Source of the DNA: an uncultured virus (IMG/VR IMGVR_UViG_3300007542_004333) | Lineage: Duplodnaviria; Heunggongvirae; Uroviricota; Caudoviricetes | Virus record (IMG/VR): IMGVR_UViG_3300007542_004333 | DNA length: 64,000 nucleotides | Strand: one strand, 5' to 3' | Part shown: in pieces, positions 49,469 through 58,227 of the stretch | How positions within the stretch are numbered: the first letter of the stretch is position 1 | Layout of the letters: each line of letters starts with the position of its first letter | Program-made: the position numbers and the translations under genes | Notes under the pieces: generated by a model | Told to the model about the DNA's origin: nothing | What the model saw: the letters and a program-made list of their open reading frames with translations, nothing else | Database searches by the model: none

Positions 49469-52400
49469 AGATCGCTCATATTGCTGATACTCATATTAAA
49501 AATTTAAAATACCATCAAGAATACAAAGAAATATTTGAACAAATTTACGATTCTCTTAGAGAAAATAAAGTAGATTATATTGTTCACTGTGGAGATATCG
49601 CACATACTAAAACTCAAATTTCTCCTGAGTTTGTTGATATGTGCTCTGATTTTTTTCGCAATCTTTCTTTAATTGCGCCAACTTATATTATTCTTGGTAA
49701 CCACGATGGCAATCTTAAGAACAGTAACCGCCAAGATGCGATTACTCCAATCGTTGAGGCATTAAATCTTCCTCATCTTCATTTGCTTAAAAACTCCGGT
49801 GAAGTACATTTAAATAATGATTTATGTTTAAATGTACTTTCTGTTTTTGATAGAGATAATTGGACGCAACCAACAGATTCATCAAAAATCAACATAGCGC
49901 TTTATCATGGCTCTATCAGCGGTTGTAAAACCGATGCTGATTGGGAAATGGTAAACGGCGAAGACGATATATCTATTTTTAACGATTTTGATTTTGCTAT
50001 GCTTGGCGACATTCATCGTTGTCAGGCGCTGGATAAAACAAAACGAGTTTGGTATGCTGGCTCTACCGTTCAGCAAAATCACGGAGAGAGCAACGATAAA
50101 GGCTTGTTGCTTTGGAACATAAAATCTAAAAATGATTGGAATGTTGATCATATTGTTTTTAATAATCCAAAGCCATTTTTTACTATTACGCTAACTCCAA
50201 CTGGCAAGATACCAAGAAAAACAAGCGTCCCAAGTGGCGCTCGTTTGCGTTTGGTAAGTGAAAATAATTTGCCTCTCGACGTTATGCGTAAAGCGCTTGA
50301 TGTTGCAAAACATAAATACAAGCCTGAAAGTGTTACTTTTCTCAACCGTGCTGCTGGTTCTCGTGGTTCCGTTGAAGAAATTGCTGGAGATTTGTATTGC
50401 GAGAACCTACGCGACATAAACGTACAAGAAGAACTTATTTCAGAGTACCTTAAGGATTATCAGATCGATGAAGATACTCTTGAGTCTATTTACGAACTAA
50501 ATCGTAAGTATAATAAAATTGTAGAAGACAACGAAGAGGTTTCAAGAAATGTCAACTGGAAAATCAACAACTTTAAATGGGACAATCTTTTTAATTATGG
50601 AGAAGATAACAACATTAATTTTGACAGTCTCTCTGGGATTATCGGAATTTTTGGCAAGAACTTTAGTGGCAAAAGTTCTGTTATTGACGCAGCGCTTTAT
50701 ACACTTTTCAACACGACTTCGAAAAATGAGCGCAAGAATTTAAATGTTATTAATCAAAATAGAGACTATGGGCGCGGAGAACTAGAGATTGAGATCGGAG
50801 ATAAAGTTTATTATATTACCAGACAATCTGTTAAGTACACTCGTCGCGTTAAGAAAGAAGAAATAACAGAAGCAAAGACTGAGCTAAACTTTGAAGAGCA
50901 CGACAAGACCACAGGAGAAACTACCTCTCTCAACGGCACCACGCGGGCTCAAACCGACGCAAATATTCGCAAGCACTTTGGCACCATAGAAGATTTTTCT
51001 ATGTCTTCTCTTGCCTCTCAGCACGGCGCATTTTCTTTTGTCGATGAAGGTTCAACAAAGCGCAAAGAGATTATTGCAAAGTTTTTGGATCTTGAGTTTT
51101 TTGATCAAAAGTTCAAATTAGCAAAAGAAGATTCGCGTGATACAAAAGTTCTTCTTAACAAATGCTCTGATAGAGATTTTGATGTTGAGATTTCTGAAAC
51201 AGAAGAAAGGTTAGCTAAGGCAAAGCAAGACTCTGAGGTAAATCAATCAAAGTGCGAAGAGTTGAAAATTAAAATTTCTGTTCTTAACGAAAAGTTGAAC
51301 AATTTAAAAAATCAAATAGCATCTGCTCCAACAGATTTTATCGATGTTGCCCAACTTGTCAATAAGCAAAATGAAACAAAATACCTTTTGTCTTGCGTAA
51401 ATGAAAAGATTACAGAAGCGTCAAGTGCTATTGGACTTAAAGAAGAAAAGCTAGCCAAAGCAAATGCTTTAGTTTCGATGATCGACATTAGCTCGATCCA
51501 CGTCGAAAAAGAAGAAGCAAATAAATTAAAAGATAAAATAAATTCTTTAATGAGTGATTTGCAAGATATCGATAAAAAGAAAAAACTATTAAACAGCATA
51601 CCTTGTGGTAATTCTTTTCCTACTTGTAGATTTATTAAAGATGCTCACGTTGCTGTTGCGTCTTCTGGTTCTGTTGAATCTGAATTACAACAAACAAACT
51701 TAAGATTTGCAAACTACGATCTTGGTACAATTAACAAACGAATTGAACAATACGAAAATATTGTAAATCTTACTCGTAGTTTGCAGGCTGAGATTTCTAC
51801 AGCCAAGTTAGAAAGAGAGCGCAACAAAACAAGTGTAGCTAGATTTGAAAGTGAGTTGATAGAAATCGAAAAGCGAATTTCTTATTATGAAGAAAACAAA
51901 GAAGTAATCGAAAATCTTCAGCGACTAATCCAAGACAAATCAAAAATTGAAAAAGATTTATCAAATGAAAAAAACAAGCTTTCAAGATGCGAGCGAGATA
52001 CTTTGCAACTTTATAAACAAGTTGGTTCTTGTGAAGAAGCGCTTAAAAACATTATAAAAGACAAAGAATCTTATTTGCGCTTGCAACGTGAGTTCACGGC
52101 TTACGATTTGTTTATGCGCTGTATGCATACTAACGGAATCTCGTATGACATTATTAAAAATAAAATTCCTGTTATTAATGAAGAGATCGCAAAGATTCTA
52201 GCAAATATTGTGGACTTTGAAATTTTCTTTGATAGTTCTGGAAATAAATTTGATATTTTCATTAAACACCCCGCTTACGACGAAAGACCTATTGAAATGG
52301 CTTCTGGTGCAGAAAAAACAATGGCAGCGATAGCAATAAGATTATCGCTACTTAGTGTGTCTTCTTTGCCTAAAGCAGATCTGTTTATACTTGATGAACC

Positions 52401-52572
52401 AGGAACAGCGCTAGATGCTGAAAATATGGATGGGTTTATTCGGATTTTAGAACTAATTAAAGTGTATTTTAAAAACGTTTTGTTGATCTCGCATCTTGAT
52501 TCTTTGAAGGATTGTGTTGATATGCAGATCGTTATTGACAAAGAAGCCGACTTTGCAAAAATAAAACAATAG
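49465..52572 (+). CDS. Fused Mre11/SbcD nuclease - Rad50/SbcC ATPase (gp47-gp46-like)
   Basis: HIADTH, GD, GNHD, GDIH metallophosphoesterase motifs, then Walker A GKNFSGKS, coiled coils, ASGAE signature, FILDEP Walker B and ISH switch. Confidence 0.92.
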   Translation: MKIAHIADTHIKNLKYHQEYKEIFEQIYDSLRENKVDYIVHCGDIAHTKTQISPEFVDMCSDFFRNLSLIAPTYIILGNHDGNLKNSNRQDAITPIVEALNLPHLHLLKNSGEVHLNNDLCLNVLSVFDRDNWTQPTDSSKINIALYHGSISGCKTDADWEMVNGEDDISIFNDFDFAMLGDIHRCQALDKTKRVWYAGSTVQQNHGESNDKGLLLWNIKSKNDWNVDHIVFNNPKPFFTITLTPTGKIPRKTSVPSGARLRLVSENNLPLDVMRKALDVAKHKYKPESVTFLNRAAGSRGSVEEIAGDLYCENLRDINVQEELISEYLKDYQIDEDTLESIYELNRKYNKIVEDNEEVSRNVNWKINNFKWDNLFNYGEDNNINFDSLSGIIGIFGKNFSGKSSVIDAALYTLFNTTSKNERKNLNVINQNRDYGRGELEIEIGDKVYYITRQSVKYTRRVKKEEITEAKTELNFEEHDKTTGETTSLNGTTRAQTDANIRKHFGTIEDFSMSSLASQHGAFSFVDEGSTKRKEIIAKFLDLEFFDQKFKLAKEDSRDTKVLLNKCSDRDFDVEISETEERLAKAKQDSEVNQSKCEELKIKISVLNEKLNNLKNQIASAPTDFIDVAQLVNKQNETKYLLSCVNEKITEASSAIGLKEEKLAKANALVSMIDISSIHVEKEEANKLKDKINSLMSDLQDIDKKKKLLNSIPCGNSFPTCRFIKDAHVAVASSGSVESELQQTNLRFANYDLGTINKRIEQYENIVNLTRSLQAEISTAKLERERNKTSVARFESELIEIEKRISYYEENKEVIENLQRLIQDKSKIEKDLSNEKNKLSRCERDTLQLYKQVGSCEEALKNIIKDKESYLRLQREFTAYDLFMRCMHTNGISYDIIKNKIPVINEEIAKILANIVDFEIFFDSSGNKFDIFIKHPAYDERPIEMASGAEKTMAAIAIRLSLLSVSSLPKADLFILDEPGTALDAENMDGFIRILELIKVYFKNVLLISHLDSLKDCVDMQIVIDKEADFAKIKQ

Positions 52573-52583
52573 GAGCAATTTTT

Positions 52584-52856
52584 ATGGCTACAGTTACAAA
52601 AGATGATATATGGAAAGTTTTTTCATTAATCATGTCTATTTTGGTAGTTCCGTTAGCGGGATGGGTTTGGACGATGAATGTAAAGGTGGCTGAACTTCAT
52701 AACGATCTTGGGGACGCAGAAAGAACAATAGAATCTTTGGAAACCAAAATACGCGAATCTGAAGATAACGCCAAACAAATTATCTCAATAGAAAAAGATA
52801 TTGAGTATATGAAAGGTGCTCTTAACCGAATTGAAAATCTAATATCGGGTAGCTAA
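52584..52856 (+). CDS. Small membrane-anchored coiled-coil protein
   Basis: One transmembrane helix then a heptad pattern; SD GGAG. Confidence 0.55.
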   Translation: MATVTKDDIWKVFSLIMSILVVPLAGWVWTMNVKVAELHNDLGDAERTIESLETKIRESEDNAKQIISIEKDIEYMKGALNRIENLISGS

Positions 52857-52860
52857 TGTT

Positions 52861-53103
52861 ATGTTGTATTTTTTACTTTGTTTGACTTCATACACCGAAG
52901 ATAATATGCAACAAGTTATGGATTCTGTCTCTGCATTAGAGCAGTTTTTGTTAGATCAAAAAAACCATGAAAAATACTGCCCACAGATCATTTGGGAACA
53001 ACCAGACATTGAAGATTATAAGCAAGATTTAAAATCACATTTACCGCAAGAATGTCCTGCTCCAGAAGAGGAAAAAACACCAAATGAAAATAACCAAAAC
53101 TAA
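52861..53103 (+). CDS. Hypothetical protein
   Basis: 80-aa ORF filling the gap; short hydrophobic N-terminus. Confidence 0.45.
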   Translation: MLYFLLCLTSYTEDNMQQVMDSVSALEQFLLDQKNHEKYCPQIIWEQPDIEDYKQDLKSHLPQECPAPEEEKTPNENNQN

Positions 53104-53926
53104 GTTAAAGCAAGTAATCAAAGAAGAAGTTGTTAAGTTTTTAACAGAAAATGAAGATCAACAATATGCTAGAAAGATTTTAGAGTTTTTAGATCATGAA
53201 GATCCTTGGCAGTTTGCACAAGGAGTAGTGCTTTATTCTACGCTCAAAGACGATATTGAAACTAACGCTCCAACAGAAAATGATCAGATCTTAGCAAAGC
53301 TAAAAGTGATTGATCGGTTTGCAAGGTCAAAAATACAAGACGTTGATTTCTTGTCTGGCTTAAGTGAACTAAATATTACAGAACAAATAGACCTCCGCTT
53401 TTGCAAGAAGCTGCAGAACGTAAACGGATTAGAGGGACTCACGAACCTGACGACCCTCGACCTCGAAAGGTGCACGTCGCTGGAGAACGTAGACGTGCTG
53501 AAGTCCCTACCGAACCTGACGACCCTCGACGCTTACTGGTGTAAGTCGCTGCAGAATGTAGACGGGCTCCAGGGTCTTACAAACCTGACGACCCTCAACC
53601 TCGAAATGTGCTCGTCGCTGCAGAACGTAGACGGGCTAAAGGAATGCACGAACCTGACGACCCTCTACCTCTACAGTTGCCGGTCGCTGCAGAACGTAGA
53701 CGGGTTGGAGGGGCTTACGAGCCTGACGAAACTCTATCTCAGCGATTGCAGGTCGCTGGAGAACGTAGACGTGCTGGAGGGCTGCACGAACCTGACGACC
53801 CTCGACCTCGAATTTTGCTGGTTGCTGCCACCAGAATTACGACGACTGTTTCAATCTAATAGCAGCGGTACAGCACACGAGAAGTTTATGGAAGCTTTAA
53901 ACGAATCCAAAGGAATCCGACCATGA
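53084..53926 (+). CDS. Leucine-rich-repeat protein with MKITKTKLKQVIKEE leader
   Basis: Six full 23-aa repeats plus one partial, consensus xLxxCxSLxNVDxLxxLTNLTTL. Confidence 0.9.
   Translation: MKITKTKLKQVIKEEVVKFLTENEDQQYARKILEFLDHEDPWQFAQGVVLYSTLKDDIETNAPTENDQILAKLKVIDRFARSKIQDVDFLSGLSELNITEQIDLRFCKKLQNVNGLEGLTNLTTLDLERCTSLENVDVLKSLPNLTTLDAYWCKSLQNVDGLQGLTNLTTLNLEMCSSLQNVDGLKECTNLTTLYLYSCRSLQNVDGLEGLTSLTKLYLSDCRSLENVDVLEGCTNLTTLDLEFCWLLPPELRRLFQSNSSGTAHEKFMEALNESKGIRP
53390..53827 (+). repeat. GC-rich 69-bp degenerate tandem repeat (about 6.3 copies) encoding LRRs
   Basis: Units start at 53390, 53459, 53528, 53597, 53666, 53735 and 53804. AACCTGACGACCCTC is exact in 5 of the 6 full units. 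Confidence 0.92.
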
Positions 53927-54156
53927 AAATTAATAAATCAACTTTAAAACAAATAATCGCAGAAGAGCTTGATAGGCTTATGGCAGAAAAAGAAAAAAAG
54001 AAAGATTGCTTTGAGAAAGGTCTTTATAAAACATTTGCAGGTAAATCAAAGTGTATTCAAACAACTAAAGGTTTAAGCAAGGAAAGAGCAGATGCTTATG
54101 TTGCAAGTGTTTTACGCGACATGGGTGAAATAAAAGAGGTGAAAGATGATGAGTGA
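53923..54156 (+). CDS. Small protein with MKINKSTLKQIIAEE leader
   Basis: Shared leader followed by a basic region with two Cys. Confidence 0.6.
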   Translation: MKINKSTLKQIIAEELDRLMAEKEKKKDCFEKGLYKTFAGKSKCIQTTKGLSKERADAYVASVLRDMGEIKEVKDDE

Positions 54157-54349
54157 AGAAAGAAAAGAAGCTTTATTAGACAGGGGATTAGAAAAACTAA
54201 CATCACGTAAACTGTTGGTTTGGGTCGCTGCCACTGCACTTATGGCTTTTGGTAGTTTAGAATCAGCAGATTGGGTTGTTATCTCCGGTCTTTATCTCGG
54301 TGGTCAATCTGTAATTGATGCTATTGTTAAATTAAAAGGATTAGAGTAG
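54146..54349 (+). CDS. Small two-TM protein, holin-like
   Basis: KLTSRKLLVW..., two hydrophobic helices, YLGGQSVID. Confidence 0.5.
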   Translation: MMSEERKEALLDRGLEKLTSRKLLVWVAATALMAFGSLESADWVVISGLYLGGQSVIDAIVKLKGLE

Positions 54350-54350
54350 C

Positions 54351-54737
54351 TTGCTGGTGCAACAAAAAATATTATCATTCTGCCTAAAGCACTGGAAGGA
54401 GATTGGACTTGTCCTTCTCCTTCTTGTTGTGTTTGGTAAATCGCGGTATGATATGCATAACATAACTAAAACTCATGACGTTATAGAACAGTCGCTACAA
54501 AATCAAATAACAACTCTTCAAGATTTGCATACTGAAGAGTTGCGACTGCGCGATGAAGCTCTTGAACGTTATCGTATTGAAGTAGAGGAGTTGGTTTTAA
54601 AGTACGAAGCACGTCAAGCTGAGATAAAAGATTTCACAAAAACAGAAAAAGAAACTATAATAAAAGAGTTCAAGCAAGACAAAGAGTTAATCATAAAACG
54701 CTTTGAGCAAACATACGGATTAGAATATGTTGAATAG
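54351..54737 (+). CDS. Membrane-anchored coiled-coil protein (i-spanin-like topology)
   Basis: N-terminal TM (IGLVLLLLVVFG) then a long coiled coil; start codon uncertain. Confidence 0.45.
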   Translation: MLVQQKILSFCLKHWKEIGLVLLLLVVFGKSRYDMHNITKTHDVIEQSLQNQITTLQDLHTEELRLRDEALERYRIEVEELVLKYEARQAEIKDFTKTEKETIIKEFKQDKELIIKRFEQTYGLEYVE

Positions 54738-55140
54738 TTTAATGTTTTTTGTTTTGCTCTCGACTGCTAACGCCGAAGAGTTTACAATTCTTGCAGAAGA
54801 TCAGCCCGCCCCATTTGAGGGCGTTTTACTTAGTGTTCCAGCATCGGCAGAGGTACTGTCTCAATACGAGCAAATACAAATGGAATGCGATCTTGAGTTG
54901 GAGTTTCAGCTTGACAAAGCAGGTACTCAGTACCAACTTGAGAAAGATTTACTACAAGCAAGGATTACAACGCTTGATCAAGAATATACCGAGATTGTAG
55001 CGCAGAAAGATCTTGTAATTGAAGAACAAAAGAAGGTCATTAAAAAACAATCTCCTCAGTATAAATGGCTTTGGTTTGCTGGCGGTGTTTTGGCTAGCGG
55101 TGCTACTTACTATGGAATCAATAAATTAATAGAACAATAA
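54727..55140 (+). CDS. Exported coiled-coil protein with C-terminal membrane anchor
   Basis: Signal peptide ending ANA, coiled coil, and WLWFAGGVLASGATYYGI. Confidence 0.5.
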   Translation: MLNSLMFFVLLSTANAEEFTILAEDQPAPFEGVLLSVPASAEVLSQYEQIQMECDLELEFQLDKAGTQYQLEKDLLQARITTLDQEYTEIVAQKDLVIEEQKKVIKKQSPQYKWLWFAGGVLASGATYYGINKLIEQ

Positions 55141-55692
55141 ATGAAACATGCGAATCTTCCATATCATATTTACATTTGGGTAAATAATAAATATCTTGGT
55201 CCAAGTATGCCACCAGGATACACTTATGGATTATGGCACGGTATACATTCACGCAACGGACAAATTCCAATGGCTCATGTATTATTGGAAACAGGAGCAC
55301 ATTGGTCAGGATTACCGCTTCAAGCTATTTCAGATTTTGCAAACGGACCAAAGCAATGGGAAGAAAAAGATCACAATAAACTTATTCCCTGGACAGCGAT
55401 GGGTGAACACATTGAAGCTTGGCATGCTGATTACCTTGAAGGATTAGAAGTAGAATATTATAAAGAAAAATGGAAAGGTCGCCATACTGGAGTCATTGTT
55501 GACTGGTGTGGCGGATTTGATCGACACCCACAAGAGCATAAGCCACTAAACTTGATTGCTTTGTTTGACGGGCAGTATGCTTTGATTCCCAACAACTATT
55601 GCAAGTTTAAAGATGATCATTTTATAAAAGAAGAATTATTTAGTCAAGCAAAAAACTATCGTAGAAATGAAAAGATTTGGTGGGGACAATGA
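55141..55692 (+). CDS. Hypothetical phage protein
   Basis: Globular Trp/His-rich ORF (HVLLETGAHWSGLPL, GQYALIPNN). Confidence 0.6.
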   Translation: MKHANLPYHIYIWVNNKYLGPSMPPGYTYGLWHGIHSRNGQIPMAHVLLETGAHWSGLPLQAISDFANGPKQWEEKDHNKLIPWTAMGEHIEAWHADYLEGLEVEYYKEKWKGRHTGVIVDWCGGFDRHPQEHKPLNLIALFDGQYALIPNNYCKFKDDHFIKEELFSQAKNYRRNEKIWWGQ

Positions 55693-56063
55693 GTAACTTA
55701 AATCGTTTAGCAGCAATTGAAAAAGCAATACAAAATAAATACGGTAAAGAAGCAATACAAGATCCACGAGCGGACTGGACCGAAGAAAACGAAAAAGACT
55801 TTCTTCAACAAACAAAAGAATACTACTCAAAAATAAAACATGTTGAGAGCAATCAAGAAAAAATAGATAGAAATGGAATAAAGATATCTAAAAAACTACT
55901 TAATAGAGAATCTTTAAACAGTTGTTGTATTTGCAGTAGTTTTTCATCAAAATCTATGGACGATGTTTGTCTTGTTAAGTTTGGAACTTGTTACAAGTGT
56001 TACATTCAATATATAGATGGAAGAGAAGAGCGATGGCTAACAGGCTGGCGACCAGATAAATAA
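55689..56063 (+). CDS. Hypothetical protein with C-terminal Cys cluster
   Basis: CCICS...DDVC...CYKCY; ATG 55689 overlaps the previous stop. Confidence 0.6.
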   Translation: MSNLNRLAAIEKAIQNKYGKEAIQDPRADWTEENEKDFLQQTKEYYSKIKHVESNQEKIDRNGIKISKKLLNRESLNSCCICSSFSSKSMDDVCLVKFGTCYKCYIQYIDGREERWLTGWRPDK

Positions 56064-56075
56064 GGAAATAATCTA

Positions 56076-56627
56076 ATGGCAACAGTATATGAAATAATTC
56101 AAGGTCTTTCTCAGGCAGCAGCCAACGCTTATGATGGTGCGCTTGATGAAAGTGGAGAGCCAATCCAAGCAGGATTACAAAGAGAAGAAGGTTCTCCACT
56201 TCTTGATAGTCGCGTTATGGACGGCTTTAAAGTTCGTTTTGCTGGCGACATGATGTGCCTTTCTTACCATTCAGAAGTTAAGTTAAAAGAAGTTTATACT
56301 GCTGGTTTTGAATCTGATGTTGAAGATAGAATGATGGAAGTTGTTGGTTGGCTTAAAAAAGAATACCGTCGCATCACAGGCAACTCTGTTAACTTAACCA
56401 AAGAAGGCGAAGTTGACATGAGAGTTGAAAACTCTTCTCGCGTTCGTTCTTGGGTAATCGCCCAATTAAGCTTCCGCGTTGGTGGGCTAACCGAAGAAAT
56501 GAATAACGAAACTGGCTCCAAAGCTCCAGATGAATACTGGAGATCTTTTGTTGAGCAAGGCGGCTGGGACGGTAAAGGTGGAAAGCGCCCATCAAATGAT
56601 TCTAGAAAGAAAGAACAGAATAGTTAA
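56076..56627 (+). CDS. Hypothetical protein upstream of terminase
   Basis: SD AAGGA; well-formed ORF in the head module. Confidence 0.6.
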   Translation: MATVYEIIQGLSQAAANAYDGALDESGEPIQAGLQREEGSPLLDSRVMDGFKVRFAGDMMCLSYHSEVKLKEVYTAGFESDVEDRMMEVVGWLKKEYRRITGNSVNLTKEGEVDMRVENSSRVRSWVIAQLSFRVGGLTEEMNNETGSKAPDEYWRSFVEQGGWDGKGGKRPSNDSRKKEQNS

Positions 56628-56635
56628 GGCAAAGT

Positions 56636-58219
56636 ATGTCTTTTCAGCTAGATAAAAAACAGCGTGTAAAAGAAATACTTAAATGCGGTAAAGACCCAGC
56701 ATACTTTCTGAAAACTTATGCACGTATTTCCCATCCTATGCATGGGTTAATACTTTTTAATACTTATCCTTTTCAGGATAAATTGTTATCTGACTTTAAC
56801 GATCATCGATTTAACGTTATTCTTAAAGCAAGACAGTTAGGTATTTCTACAGTTACAGCAGGCTATATCGCTTGGATGATGTTGTTTCATCGCGATAAAG
56901 CTGTTCTTGTTATGGCAACCAAGTTTGCTACAGCAACTAACTTGGTTAAGAAAGTCAAGAAAATAATGAAGAACCTACCAGAGTGGATTTTGATTGCAAA
57001 AATCAAAACTGATAACTCTACTTCTTTTGAATTATCAAATGGTTCTTCAATTAAAGCTGCTTCAACTTCTGGCGATGCTGGTCGTTCTGAAGCTCTTTCT
57101 TTATTAGTTCTTGATGAGGCAGCGCACATTGAAGGCTTAGAAGAGCTATGGACTGGTCTATATCCAACGTTGTCTACTGGTGGTCGCTGTATCGCGCTAT
57201 CAACTCCAAACGGTGTTGGTAACTGGTTTCATAAAACGTGCGCCGATGCAGAATCAAAATCAAATAACTTTCACTTAACAACGCTTCCGTGGCATGTCCA
57301 CCCCGAGCGAGATGAAGTTTGGTTTAAAAAAGAAACACGCAACATGTCTAGACGCCAGATCGCGCAGGAGTTAGAGTGCAACTTTAATACATCTGGTGAA
57401 ACTGTTATTGACGCAGAAGACATGGAATGGTTATTGGCAAATGTTTGCGAGCCAAAGCATCGCACCGGCTTTGATCGTAACTTTTGGATTTGGAAAGAAT
57501 TTGATCCTACATCTAACTATCTTCTTGTCGCTGATGTTGCAAGAGGCGATGGAGAAGACTTTTCTACGTTTCATATACTTGAATTAGAAACATTAGAGAT
57601 TGTAGGCGAATATCAAGGTAAACCATCGCCAGATTTGTTTGCCAACATGTTAAATCAAGTTGGTAGAGAATACGGTAATTGCATGATGGTGGTTGAAAAC
57701 AATAACATTGGCTACACAGTTTTGGATAAACTGATAGAATATGGTTATCCAAATATTTATTATTCTATTAAGTCTACACACGAGTATGTTGAGCAATATC
57801 AAGCAGAAGTTAGAAATACTGCTGTTGCAGGCTTTTCGACAAGTGTGAAGACACGACCTTTGATTATTGCGAAATTTGAAGAGTTTATCAGAAATAAACT
57901 AATTAAAATAAATTCATCTCGTGTTGTTAGTGAAATGAAAACTTTTGTTTGGAAAAATGGCAAGCCACAAGCAATGAAAGGATACCATGATGATTTAATT
58001 ATGGCTCTTGCAATTGCGTGCTGGGTCAGAGATACTGCGATTCAAGCGAACTCTAGAGATCTAAACTACTCAAAAGCTTTTGTTAATGCAATCTACACAA
58101 CTAAAACAACAATGAATACTCGCATCAAAGGACAGATAGGACATAAAGAAGATAATATAATGGATAAAATGACAGAAGCAAGATTAATGTATGATCAATA
58201 CAAATGGATTATAAAGTGA
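56636..58219 (+). CDS. terL: Terminase large subunit (T4 gp17-like)
   Basis: YPFQ, LKARQLGIST (Walker A), LLVLDEAAH (Walker B), STPNG, ADVARG, VENN and HDDLIMALAI. Confidence 0.95.
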   Translation: MSFQLDKKQRVKEILKCGKDPAYFLKTYARISHPMHGLILFNTYPFQDKLLSDFNDHRFNVILKARQLGISTVTAGYIAWMMLFHRDKAVLVMATKFATATNLVKKVKKIMKNLPEWILIAKIKTDNSTSFELSNGSSIKAASTSGDAGRSEALSLLVLDEAAHIEGLEELWTGLYPTLSTGGRCIALSTPNGVGNWFHKTCADAESKSNNFHLTTLPWHVHPERDEVWFKKETRNMSRRQIAQELECNFNTSGETVIDAEDMEWLLANVCEPKHRTGFDRNFWIWKEFDPTSNYLLVADVARGDGEDFSTFHILELETLEIVGEYQGKPSPDLFANMLNQVGREYGNCMMVVENNNIGYTVLDKLIEYGYPNIYYSIKSTHEYVEQYQAEVRNTAVAGFSTSVKTRPLIIAKFEEFIRNKLIKINSSRVVSEMKTFVWKNGKPQAMKGYHDDLIMALAIACWVRDTAIQANSRDLNYSKAFVNAIYTTKTTMNTRIKGQIGHKEDNIMDKMTEARLMYDQYKWIIK

Positions 58220-58227
58220 GAAAATAA

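Noticed and set aside
53390..53827. Diversity-generating retroelement target
   Set aside because: NNG and NAY codon patterns are suggestive, but no reverse transcriptase or template repeat lies in the window and many adenines in the units are invariant. It cannot be called from this window.
53608..53859. Alternate-frame ORF with AAERRR repeats
   Set aside because: A by-product of the GC-rich 69-bp repeat; no SD and no independent evidence.
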